In this document: one piece after another, positions 14,928-27,100 of the stretch
Numbering within the stretch: the stretch's first letter is position 1
How the letters are laid out: each line of letters begins with the position of its first letter
DNA from: Fimbriosthenelais zetlandica
Lineage: Eukaryota
NCBI GenBank assembly: GCA_977030845.1
Contig: OZ365116.1
Span: 18,662,001-18,726,000, forward strand
DNA length: 64,000 nucleotides
Direction: 5' to 3'
Translations under genes and position numbers: made by a program
The notes under the pieces: model-generated
The model's database searches: none
The model's input: only the letters and a program-made list of their open reading frames with translations
Told to the model about the DNA's origin: nothing

Positions 14928-15189
14928 TCAATATGCGAACATCATGTCGCTTGATTCTTGAGGGTATGCATTACCAGATGCCTGCTCACTGCCCAGTGTT
15001 GGTTGTTGGTTGAAGCCCACAGTAAAGGTTCCTCTGTTGGTGTCAACCTGACTGTTCTGGTACGGGTTGGGGTCGTATGGTGGCGTTTCGTACGGTACTG
15101 TATAGTAGCTGGGCTCCTCGTAGATATGATCGGTAGACATAGTGTCCACTGGATAATTACGGGCGTCCCCTTTGCCTTTTCCTTTCCTC
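14928..15189 (-). CDS. Terminal exon, cytoplasmic tail A (R-RKGKGKGDARNY...SSDMMFAY*)
   Basis: Acceptor tactcatttcattaacag|G completes AGG (Arg). 86 codons open, basic start, 9 Tyr. AATAAA on the minus strand at 14173-14178. Confidence 0.8.
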
Positions 15190-18100
15190 CTGTTAATGAA
15201 ATGAGTATATGTTAGATGAATGATTGACAGTTCTATTAGGATTGTCATAGTATCTCCATAAGACCTCTTGGTCAAGAATTAATCATTATGCTGAGCTATT
15301 ACAGGTGAATTTCACAAAGAAACATTTGAATTTGAACGTATCTCAGACAGAATTCTATTCTACAAAAAAGCAACAGGCATGCGTTAAAAACTAATATTGC
15401 CATGCAGATTTTGTCTCATTGTTTGAAATCAAAACAAGATGAACATCCTCCAGTTGCCTTTGAACTAGAAGACTTTCATCATTATAGAGGGTGCGGTCTG
15501 ATAGAGATAATGTGTATAACATCACAATGTGTTTGGCATGGCTGGGTCATGCAGGCTGGCCTGTACCTCTTGTCGCTTTGTTGGAGCTTTTTGAATGCTA
15601 CACCATGCCTTGATAGGATAACAATAGTGAGGTGAAGCCACGCTCCTGTACCATAGAGCTACAGGTATACCACCCAGCCACACCCTCACACTGTCATAGG
15701 AGATGACAAATAACTTTCTCCATCTAAATAAATCATGCGGTGTCAGATAAAAAAAAACGTTGCTAGAAATAAAGAAAATTCCATAATCTAGTGCAAGCTA
15801 AAAGTAAGACTTAGAGTAAGCAGAAAAATGCAATAATGAATCGATCACATAAAAATATTGCGTGGCAAAGCTAAGACATGTGCCTTTATTTGCTCCTGAG
15901 AGGCTTTCACATAAGTATGTGTGCATGCCCCTAAGTTACAAGTCAAAGGCAATGCTTAAGCTTATATTGTGCAAAAGGACCAAAGAAATGTGAAGGGAAT
16001 GAAAAGAGATTCAAATCAATATTTATAAATAGTAACCTTTGAAGACGCCTTTGAAGGTGGGTGCTCTATTTTTGATTTGCCTGGCCAAGGCCAATGAAGC
16101 CAGAACTTCATATCAGTTTTTGATCACATCTTTTGAGGGACTTCTTTCAGAGACATCCATGACATGAAATCTGATGTTCCCAGTTCAAAAAAGACCTAAT
16201 TTATTCAGGAAGGTTCAACATTTTTTTAGCAGTGAGACTAATTGTAACGAATTTGATCATGCAAAAAGAAAAGTTGCTTTGAGGCTCTTGCTTGATGTTG
16301 TGGTTTTTGCAATGTTGATTTCTTTCTGAACATTGCAGTGCTCGAATCTGAAATCTGATGATTTTCAGGTTTGTTGACAGAATATGGTTAAAAATTATTG
16401 AAAAGCAATATACTATACAAACTAAGGGGTGCAACAAATAGTCACATGCATCGGAATGACTTAAAAACATTTTACTGGGTTGTCTTAGATTTGGTGCGGG
16501 AGAGGTGGATGTCGTGCCCACAATGACAACAGCTGAAGACTACAGTACCATTGCCAACCATGCGACGTCAACGACATAATTCGTTTGGTCACAAACTTAC
16601 TCATCCCATGTTCGCGCACGGACATCATGAGAGACTACTATAGAGACATTTGGGGGAGGAAGTAGAGGAGGACCTGGAGCCTAATTTAGGTGGAGGTTTG
16701 AGTTGTCGATGGTTGGCAATATGTCAGAAGCTGAGAGTGTGATACTGCGGAGGGTGGTTGTGGTGAGCATGGTGGTGCTGGTAGTTATGTCTGTACGTGT
16801 GAGGCGATGGCTCAGGGATGTGATCCGCCGGAATCTCGCAGTAAACATTCTCCTCATTTCCAAATGCATCCACAGGTCCGTACTGCGCATGTGCAGCAGG
16901 GCCATAACGAGGTAGAGCATAAGGATTACCCCCCGGTGGTGGAGGGGGTATTTTGTATTTGTTTGTGGTTGTCTCATATGTATGATGGTGATGGGGGATC
17001 TTGGCTGACATTGCAGCTGCAGCCGCAGCATTTGCCCGACGTTCCCTCCGTCTTTGCCTGAAATCCCAAGTGAATTAGTAAAAGCAAGTAAAGACCAACC
17101 ACCACGATTCACACTCATCAGAAGTGGCTCCACTGCGGCAGACTAATTATTGGGGCAGAAAATTTACATATATATGGTATTTGGGAGTTAGAAATTGCAG
17201 GAATTACAAATGTCAAAGGCGAAGAAGGTTTTTTTGGCAAGGAAATCATGATGTTTACCATGAGGTGAACTGATTCATAAAGTTCAAGTTATGGGTTGGA
17301 CTGAAGACTGTCGGGATGTGTAATGTGGAGCAGAATGATAGATAGATGGGGAAGGTCCCTTAAGGCGGACTATCTATAATTTGATCACTGTTGCTTCGGT
17401 CAGAGTATCAAAGTTGCCTTTGTGTTTTAGTCTGCCTGTATGAGTGAATCAAATTGGGAGCCAATTCTGAAGTGCACTTCATTTAATATTACCGAGATAA
17501 TAGAGGTATTAACATGAGATAAAATGTGAAGAATAATCAAAGCACAGGATTAGAGAAGCACGTTTACGTTAACCAGATCCTAGGTTTACTTTAAAGAACC
17601 CAAAGCTTGACCATTGTTTTTATGATGCTGCTTTTACATGGTGTTTGATATGAGTCATGGTGAGGATCAGACCTTGTATAGATAAACATTTATCAATATT
17701 ACTGATTAGCACGGAGCTATAGAGAGGGCTAGCTATAGATATATTATAGACGGGGGATGTGTGACAGGTAAGGACTCCCTATACATGAGCTATGTTAAAA
17801 TTGCATGACAAGTGGAGTGGCTAGCTTGTGGAGACACACAAGGTTGGGAGCGGAGGTTGTGGAACTGCCCTCCAGGCTAATGGCTGAAATGACTAGAACA
17901 GCCAACAGCATAATCAAAGCTTTACTTTCATGAAAAATTCAACAGATAAAAACATCCAAATTCAAATTACGAATTTCCGTATTGAGCCAAATCAACCTCA
18001 AACGGATCTGTCAAAGTCGTTTTTGTTTTGATGGTTCTACATCGCTTTAGCATATTGTGTCAAAAGCAATATTGATTAGACAAGTCTAGGTCTGTGATGG

Positions 18101-21100
18101 CAGAAAAAAGACCTTTCTGTTCAAAGACTGCCTCTATGGGGCTTAGTTCCTCCTGAATATTGAACCATATGCTCATATTTCTTATTCACTTTCTGATTGC
18201 ACATGGCATTAAGTCTTTTGTGTTTAAGTGGCTCGTGATATTCCTTTATTGACCGGCCGCCTGTGAGCTCCAACACTCTTGTGTGAGCACTTCAAATGCC
18301 TCTTCTCTGGCTTTTACTATGGCTAACAAGCTTGGTGCAAATACTTTTGAACATACTAGAAACACTTCTTCTGCCCTACCTCCCTTTATGCTTGGTAGGG
18401 GTGGAGGAAGTTGGCAAAGGTTGCGAGTTCCTCAGCGTAATGCTAGAACAATTGTTTCTAGGTGGCAATAACAGGCTGGTATGCCTAGACCTCATGTTAT
18501 GTATAGGACTAGGTACAGACAGACAAGACTGCCTAAACTGCTGCCGCACTATAGCACTGATTGTCTCTCTGAAGATATGCCAGATGTGTCCATATCCCCA
18601 CTGGGTTTACATTTCTATTAGTAACAAATATGTTTTCTTAGGGGGAATACCAGTAAACAAGTTCTATTATGCACCGTGGAAATTCGATTTCACTATGTAC
18701 TTTTTCTACTGGAAAGGAAGTGGATTACAACCAGAGATGTCTTTCGACAAAAGAATTAAAATGATTGATTTTGTATGCAGTATGGTAATAGTTCTACATT
18801 ATGACAACATTTATGCACCTAAAGCTGACACTCACATAATAGTGTCTTCTCATACAGCGCACCTACTGAGACGACTATACAAAAAGGGTGATGGATTGGT
18901 GAATGGATTCTCTTAGGGGTAGATACATTTCTGATGAATAAATTAGCGCTGAGGAATCACCTTAAAGGCTGGCCCTCTCATTTGAGGAATGTTGTGAATT
19001 CTCTCTTACATCCAGTCATCCTCCGGGCGGGAAGCTTGATGGATGTAGCCATTGGGTGAATGACCTTAGGAGGTAAGATACTCATGGTGAATGAACAGCC
19101 ACAGGTTCCTAGCGGGGCTTAGATAGGCAGACATCCCAGCATATTGAGCACAATGCCGGGAATGGGTCAGTAAAGTGGAGAGAGAGGCAAGAAAGAGACA
19201 ATAACTATCTGTATATTGGTAGGAGAGCAGCACAGTTCCTCCTCACAGCTTGTCTCTGCTCTCCTCGACAAATCTAAGCTAAACAACCGACAACGCAATG
19301 TCATGTTTTTCTACAAAAATCGAGGTCATTAATTTGGCGAAACAGTTGATCCTGAACCAATACTAGTAACTTGATTTACACAGTCTGACTTTGTCCTTAA
19401 TTCTACGGTTTAGCACTGATTCTCAGACAGCCTGTGGCAATTGGTATGGGGAGGCTGAGCCCACTGTTGCTGCAATGATTCTTGTCTGCTTGGTTAAATG
19501 TTAGGGTCAGTCAGAGTGCAGGTACAGGTGCTGTCACAGCAGTTAGACAAGCACCAAGCCCTGGTCTACACACATTCTTTTTATCTGAACTCTTTACCCT
19601 TTTACTTGTTGGTGATTATCTGTGGAGGGTTGAGATACCATCAGGACTCTCCATCCTGTTATATCATCTCTCATACCTTATCCAGTCTTGAGATAGAAAT
19701 CATCCAGGACTGAGGGCAAGCCGAGTGAGATGGCGCAGGATGGCAGTAGGGCTAACACATAGATCACTGAGGATGACCATCTATCCTCATTGCTTGATCA
19801 CTTAACGAATATAAATCCCTCAGACCTCGTGGGACCCGGTCCCATTTACTGAATGTCCCTGATAGCTAGATATAAAAGAGGCAATATATGGAAACGAGGA
19901 ATTACAGTCCATCTCCCCTCGGCAAATTCCCTATTTCCTGATACCTGATGCTAACCACAAACAGCTATCTGTTTTATCGATAATTTAACATTTATTCCTT
20001 CCATGAAGCATTATATATTACGTCTATATGGCTTAGTTTGTAGTAGTGGTTCCATGAACATGTCCTAGCTATATACACTGAATCTTAGTAGGTGGGTGCC
20101 CCCTTTTAGTAGAACCTATCCACCATTTCTTCAGTAGATTATTAATGGTAATTGTAAGGGGAATAGTAATGTATGTTCCTGTATTGAATACTGAATGTTC
20201 CGCACCTTCTGCCTTGAGAATGTATAGAGGTAATCCTCAGCAATAATGAACTTTGCCCTACAATGGCTTATGATATACGACTACTGTAAGCATTCACACC
20301 TCCAGCTCTATATGAATGAGCTCCGGTTTAGAAAGGATCTACATAAAATCTCCCCCCTACACTAAAAGTAATATTTCCCAATCCTGGTAGGTGAAGGCCT
20401 GTTCGATGCAAGTTCTCTGCAGGCATTCTGTTGTTGCTAGGCACTATCCATAAAGAATTTCTAAATAAGAGCCTGGTATTTCGTAAGCACATCAGCAATG
20501 TATGAATGACTATATATCCGTCTCCCTCCAGCGTCTCTCACATATAGTCTTTCCCCTGGGAGTGTACGTGATATCTCTTCTTGAATATTTAAATAATTCA
20601 AGCAGTTAATCCGCCTAAACGCCTTGGATATTGTAGCAGCACTTTGATAAGCCAGACAATGACTTAGATTACTGCCTGTCTAGATCTCCCCAATGCAAAG
20701 ATCATTTATTTCTTTGTTCAAATCGTGGTTCCCCTTTCCTCTTTGGCCTTTCATAGAAATCAGAAAATAGACTGAATATTTGGTCCGGACACATGTAAAA
20801 AAAAAAATAGAACCGAATAGTCGGAGGAAGCTTTTCCCACTTCGGGGCTAAAGCTTATCCAGGAGATCTATCGCTGAGCATATTGTGGGAGTATGAAACA
20901 GAACAGAGGGGAATCTCGGGGGAAATCACTGCACATCGCGCACCTTCTCCCTCTCTAACAGGATTGTGGCAGCTTCAACAGCACGATCGTAAACTAGTTG
21001 CCTATCAAGCCCGATGCAATTGAAGTTTGCCAGCAGAACTGCTGAGAAGTTTGTTCACAAACTTCTTGGTGGCGTTTAACCGCTCAACAAATAGTCAGCC

Positions 21101-24100
21101 ACTCTTCTGAACTCTTAGTATTCTACTCGGCATTCTGCTCAGCATTCTGTCTTAAATGCAGAGTTGTAATATAAATAGGTAATATTTAAATCATTATTGA
21201 TATCATTTTGCCCAAAGGTTGTTCACTGCAGTATCCTGTTCAGTTCTCAACTGTCCGCACCAACCTGTAGTATGATATTGGGGTAGTAGTATATGCAAAA
21301 GGTGCATAGCCTCAGGCAGAGTCAATCATGCAAAGCAGGGGAGTTGGCAATTTATAAATTGCTTTTCCAGACGCATGACAACGAGGGGCTACGTTGTAGT
21401 CTTGTGTTTAAGAATCAAGATCATTCTGACAGAAAAACACTATTAAGATTACAAAAAATCATCATTCAAAAGCGTTATGTCGTCCATTAAGTTCTTTTAG
21501 CCTGATCGACAGACATTCAAAAGTTTTTGCCAACATTCAGATCTCCCCATTCACCAGGAATCTTCACCATAACCTCCCATCAGTTCCACCAAAAACCTTA
21601 GCCATCAAGAGATGTATTTCCAGCCTGATTAAAATTGTGCAAAATCAGCGCTTTCTTCCAATCCACCCTCCTTCCTACTTGGATCCATCTTTTTCTATAG
21701 GATCAAGAGAAACAGAATTAATATGTTGGATGTTAAGTCCATGGGTAAGACAGTTGGATCTCTTTTTGACACCGCTGTCTGTGCCTTTTCTCAATTAGCT
21801 GACTGCAAAACCTGCCCTGCTCCTGAAGGAGAGATAGCATTAAGGAGTGCTAATGGCTTTCAGTGACTGATATCCGAGGTAGATAATGAGATATATTAAT
21901 TCTTCTTTTTGCTCTAAGCTAAGAACATTTCCCACTTATAGGACTTGGGATTATGCCACGTGCAACTACCCGCTCTTGGGAGATACTAACAGCGGGCATG
22001 TACATCTTGGAAAAGATAATGTGATTATTTGATCTTATTTGTAGAAATTGATTTTGACATCTCACTTTTTCTCTGTATCTTCAGGTTTGATATATTTTGA
22101 GTTCAGTATGAATCCACATGCCGAATCTACTGAGCAATGAGCCCAGTATTGGTTATGAATAATATCCTCACATAATGAGCCTGTGATATTATAAGGTAGA
22201 ATGAATGCTGGGATGATGGTGATAATGACTCATGTAATTATGGAAATATTCAAGATGAAGCGTTAGTTATGCCCCCAGGAATAGACAGAGGCCATCAGAA
22301 ACGGCCCATTCATTCATCAACCAGATCTGTTTCACTAGCAGCCATAAGATCTCTTTGATCTTTATTCGTGCTGTCACATTACTGTGTATGTCATGTCTCT
22401 TATCTCCCCTCTCTATCTCTCAAACTCTCTCCTTCTGGACTTTGTTATAATCTGTCTGTTGATTGTCAAGCTATGCAGGAGGCTTTTATATTAAGTTAAC
22501 CCTGGCTAATGTATAATGATAGATGAGTATGAATCGGGGAAGCTCGTGTCATTTTGTCCGTGTTTTATGACTATGTTAGGTCAGGGTATTTGTATGTGGT
22601 CTAAATACATCCTTTAATGTCCTTCAGTGCCACCAGTAAGGCCCTGGGAGTCATATAAGAGTAGGGAAAACATCCCAGGCTTTCTGCCTGCTATCTTCCC
22701 AGTGCCTTTCATACATGTATACATGAATGCTTCTGTGATGTAAACCAGTTATGAAACAACATGCAGAAAGCATTGCTTTTTGAGCTGTTAACGCACATTC
22801 AGGTTTCACAATCCATTACCCATGCTCCTTTTTCAAAGTTCCAAATCTCCAAGTCGTTACGTTACAACAGTATCAAACACATATCGGTCCTTACTGAGCC
22901 TAAAGCAGGTATATTATTCCCGACCAGACGGCTCATTCTATCAGTATTCTTGTTGTCTTTTTCCGAATACTGCTCGGACCTATATCTGGAATGTAAATAC
23001 CTGCCATGGTAGGCTCACAAAAAAGCCCCTGTGGAATACTCACAGAATAATAAAATGCTTAGCAGTGTATGATAGTGTTTCTATGTCCTATATACTCAGG
23101 GGCATTCTGCTCGTGGAAACCACACTAGTGCTTCACTGAAAGCATTTTTTTCCTTTTCCATTCTTGTGCTCCGCCTTTGTCCTATGACATTTTCCACATA
23201 CTTCCTTCCCTCCTTATCATTGTGCCACCATTTGACTTAATGCTTATCTCATCAAAGTGCTGTTTTTTACGCGCTTCGCCTTGAAAGGAAAAACCTCAAA
23301 GAGCCTGAAGATAGTTTTGAGCCATCAGGTTGATCTAATTATGATCAGAGGGAGGAGGTGGCTTGGGAGAAATGTGTGTGGCCTGCGGACACAAGCTTAA
23401 GTGGTGTGAGATCTAGTCAGGTTATATTGGGCCCGAGCCAAGGGACTGGAAGAAGAGGCGGAAAAGACATCAGGTGTGTCTGTGTGTGTTTGGATTGGAT
23501 GGAGGGAGGGAGTTGCTCTTAGAGGAACTCATTTTCTGAACAGAATTAGAACAAGCCCATTCAGTCCCCTTGAGCTTCAAAAAGTTCACAAATTGTTGAT
23601 AAATATTTTATGCTTGCGTCCTCTAAATAAAAGTTAGAGGTCCTAAAACATGGTTTTAGACTATTGATCTATTGTTTGTAGTGCATGTATTATTGAAGCC
23701 ATTTGCCTCAGCTCACATGTATGTTACATGAAAGAATGAAACATTACACTCATAAGCCTGCCTATGCTGCCTTCAGCACACACATGTACATGCCTTCCCA
23801 CTCTTCTCTCTGCATCAAAATGCTGCATGTGCAGCCTGAATGGAGACGCTGGCATCATAGAAGCAGTTCACAATGAAAGAAACCATTCCAGCTTTTTCCG
23901 CTTGCACATCACCACATAAGAAAGGATGCGTTTGTTTTTTGCAGGAAGAGCGCACGTTGTGCTATCCCGATGCCTGTAAAATACACATCTGCGCTCTTGT
24001 CCTGGTGTCCCACCAAGCCTTAATGAAAAAAGAAATGATGTATCTCTATCTGCAAGCATAATGGTAGTTTTGTATGGAAGACTGATGCTGTGCTGATACA

Positions 24101-27100
24101 GTTATAGAGAGTGTTAGAGGGTGGATGTAGAAAGGAAGTGGGTAGAGGAATGGGAGGGTGTATTGGAGGTCCACCACTTTATTACAAATCCCGGGCGCAA
24201 ACAGAGAAACATAATTATGGCGAGGTATTATCTATTGCCATTCGGATCCAAAAAGATTTATTGCCCCAGTTCTCCATAGTGCCAGGGAAAATCTCATTAT
24301 CCCATGCAAATTCATGTTTGCATATTCACCTTCTGTCTGTAATTAGAAACACTGTTGTTTTAACGGTCAAAATATTCTGAGGACATTTGAAAGAATGATA
24401 TTTCATTCCACCGTTGCTCATCGAAGTTCTTAAGTTATTTAAACACTGTGTTTTTCCGAGAAAAGCTTTGCTTTTTCTCCTCCCATTGGGGCTTGGGAAA
24501 TTGCAACATCACTCCCTCTGCCACTCACAAAATAGTTTGGAAATTAATTAATTAAAAGAGTTTTATTGTGAAGTGTTAAATATGAACTTTAAATTGAAGG
24601 AGGATGGAGGCTGAATTGTCTCAAGTTTTGGATCTGTTCCAACTCGGTGCTCTCCGCATGAGTGAACCGCACTTCACTTCCTTTATCCAGGCACGTTTCT
24701 TGGTCGATGAGGACCAATCGGAACACTTGTCACAAAGTTTATGTAACACGTGACTGGCATTGTCCAATTAGACGAGCCCTTACAACATGGTGGAAGGTGT
24801 CATTTTGATGGAGTGCTCCACTCTGAATCCACCCTCCTGTGCCATGAGGCCCTACTTAAGCATATTTTGAGAGTTGATTTGAATCCTTTGTTAAAGCTTT
24901 CCTTGTCTCACTTTCCAATCCAAGGGGTTCAGATTTAGAGTTTGAATCCAATAGTCTACAGAATAATGAAGTCCTCCATGGAAGACCTTGAAGACAATGT
25001 TAAGTGCTTATTTCACGCCTCCAACGAAAAGTAGACGGTACTACGAGCCGATTGCCTTATTACAGCTAAAGGAATATATCCTCAATGTGCGAAACATCCA
25101 CATGTCCACCATTAAGGCCCGAATAATTATGAAGAATTGCTTGGATACAGTGATTCAAAGTGTGAATCAATACTTGTAGTTAACATAGTATAGGCAATGA
25201 CATGCCATTTTCCTATTTCATCAGTGTGGAGGACTGTAAAGTTTCTATACGTTGTGTTGTTTTGAGAGACGTGGGTGGACACTTTGTAGAATGTTTAATA
25301 ACAGGAGGTCTGTAGGTCTGGGTGGCCTACCTGTGTGTTAAGAATGGTAATATTTATCAGCCATGACACCACAGGGGCAGGATAAGAGCTGTGTGGACAA
25401 AGAAGCACTCCAAGCCGGGCCCCTCTTCACTTAATTGGTGTCAAGCTGGCTGACATTTTCATTTCACCACCTGAGCTGGCAAAACTTCCTGATAGTGAGT
25501 GGCATTATAGGCGAGGTAGCTATTTAAGTGTGAATAGGCAATGAAGTATTTTGGAGTAATGAAGGACTAAACAGCCTAGCTGCAAAGATTCTCCACTATC
25601 TTTGCTAGCTGTAGTGAGTACTGTACTTATTGGAATCTACCACTCCTCTAGGTCTTCCCTTCTAAGCTTCTAAGTATGAGACAGGAAAGACTGTGAGGAA
25701 ATATATTGATACCTTCTTAAAATATGTTTATAAAAGGTCATGATGGTCTGTATGGGGCTGGGATAGTCCTGTTTTCCTCTACTATTATCAAAGTATCGAT
25801 TTCCAGTCCATACATCTTATGTCGTTCTTTGTATTGGCTCCCATTGTGTGGTTTTGACTTTTTTCCATATTCTTTGACAAATGAACCGCTATGAGTTGAT
25901 ACTATTGTTTTTCTCCTAGCAAGGATAGAACAATACAAACTGTTTTCCCAATGAAAAAGAAATAGTCCATCAATCATTTCATGTCTTTTCTCAGATGAAG
26001 CGAGTGAAAGGCTCTCAGTAAATTAACACCTTCGATTAGGATAATGTGTGGAGGGGAGGATTTCTAGTTGAAGTCAAAGATTCATAAAAACATACCATTG
26101 ACTGGGGGCTTGAGGGCCTTGGCAAGAGACCTTGGAGATTGAACAAAGATCATGTGTCTTACACAAAGAATGGCACAGCTTCTTTGATGGTAAGAAAGTA
26201 TCATTAGAGCAGAATACACGTTTCTGGCGGCCTTGTCTATTTTTCATATTCTAATCCAATAATCTCCCTGGAAGAAAAACGCTTCGCTAAAATACTGCTT
26301 TAGTCTAAATGTATGTCCAAAACACAATAATATATCCGTACGGTGGTTGAATGGCCGAGATCTAGGACTGTTTTATGCCTGTCTGCTGCATCCTAATGAC
26401 TTACATATTAATTATATCAGGTAACAGTTCCACCTCTTCACCCAGTGAAGGCCTTGATTTCCAGCTGTAGCTGAAAACATCAGATTGTGAAGGTCCTTTG
26501 GCTTATTGTTCTCCGTGAAATGAATGTTATAGCTTTGACCCTCACCTCAATAACACCAGGGAACATAAATGAGAAATGAAAAGGCAGCAGCTACACTCTA
26601 GTCTATGGCTGGCAAGTGTTAGAATTGCATTCTGCTTTGAGCTATTACTCAGTGGCTCCCGCCGTCTACGTTATAACTTGAAGAGCTGCTGTGAGTAGTT
26701 TGATTTATTGCTCAGCCACCTCTGTTCATTAGGAACTGCCTCCTCATTGCCTCAATATAGGCTGTAAAATAATTTAAGCTTGCAGGAATAGTGAAGAAAA
26801 ACACCAGAAAGGCTTATCCAGTGCAAAGTGGTTAATCGTGTGGCGTTAATGACGCCTGATATAATAGAAAGATGATTAATTTTTGGCATAATGAATTTTA
26901 TGGATTTACGGTGACACTAGAGGCTTCTAGTCGCCCCTGATTTTTTTCAAATTAAAACGTGCTGTGGAAACGTAATTTCATTTCGGGCAGAGGATAGCTT
27001 TGCGTATTGGATACAAGGTGTAAAGGATCCCAAGCCTGAATTAATCTGGGGCAGTTGGGATTCCTCACTATGATCTATGTTTCTACCATTGATTGAGACC

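Noticed and set aside
16681-17133. Second open frame (phase 1) through the tail B exon, likewise through tail A, suggesting dual coding after TM skipping
   Set aside because: Tails poor in Leu/Ile/Val/Met rarely create stops in the +1 frame, so openness is explained by composition. The peptides show no recognisable features.
18296-18916. Longest plus-strand ORF (206 aa)
   Set aside because: No recognisable domain and no splice context. It overlaps probable LINE debris.
26752-26855. Phase-1 terminal frame GVINATRLTTLHWISLSGVFLHYSCKLKLFYSLY* as a possible GPI/secreted alternative to the TM exon
   Set aside because: Short, only weakly hydrophobic, with a charged end, and it lies downstream of the TM exon. 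No independent support.
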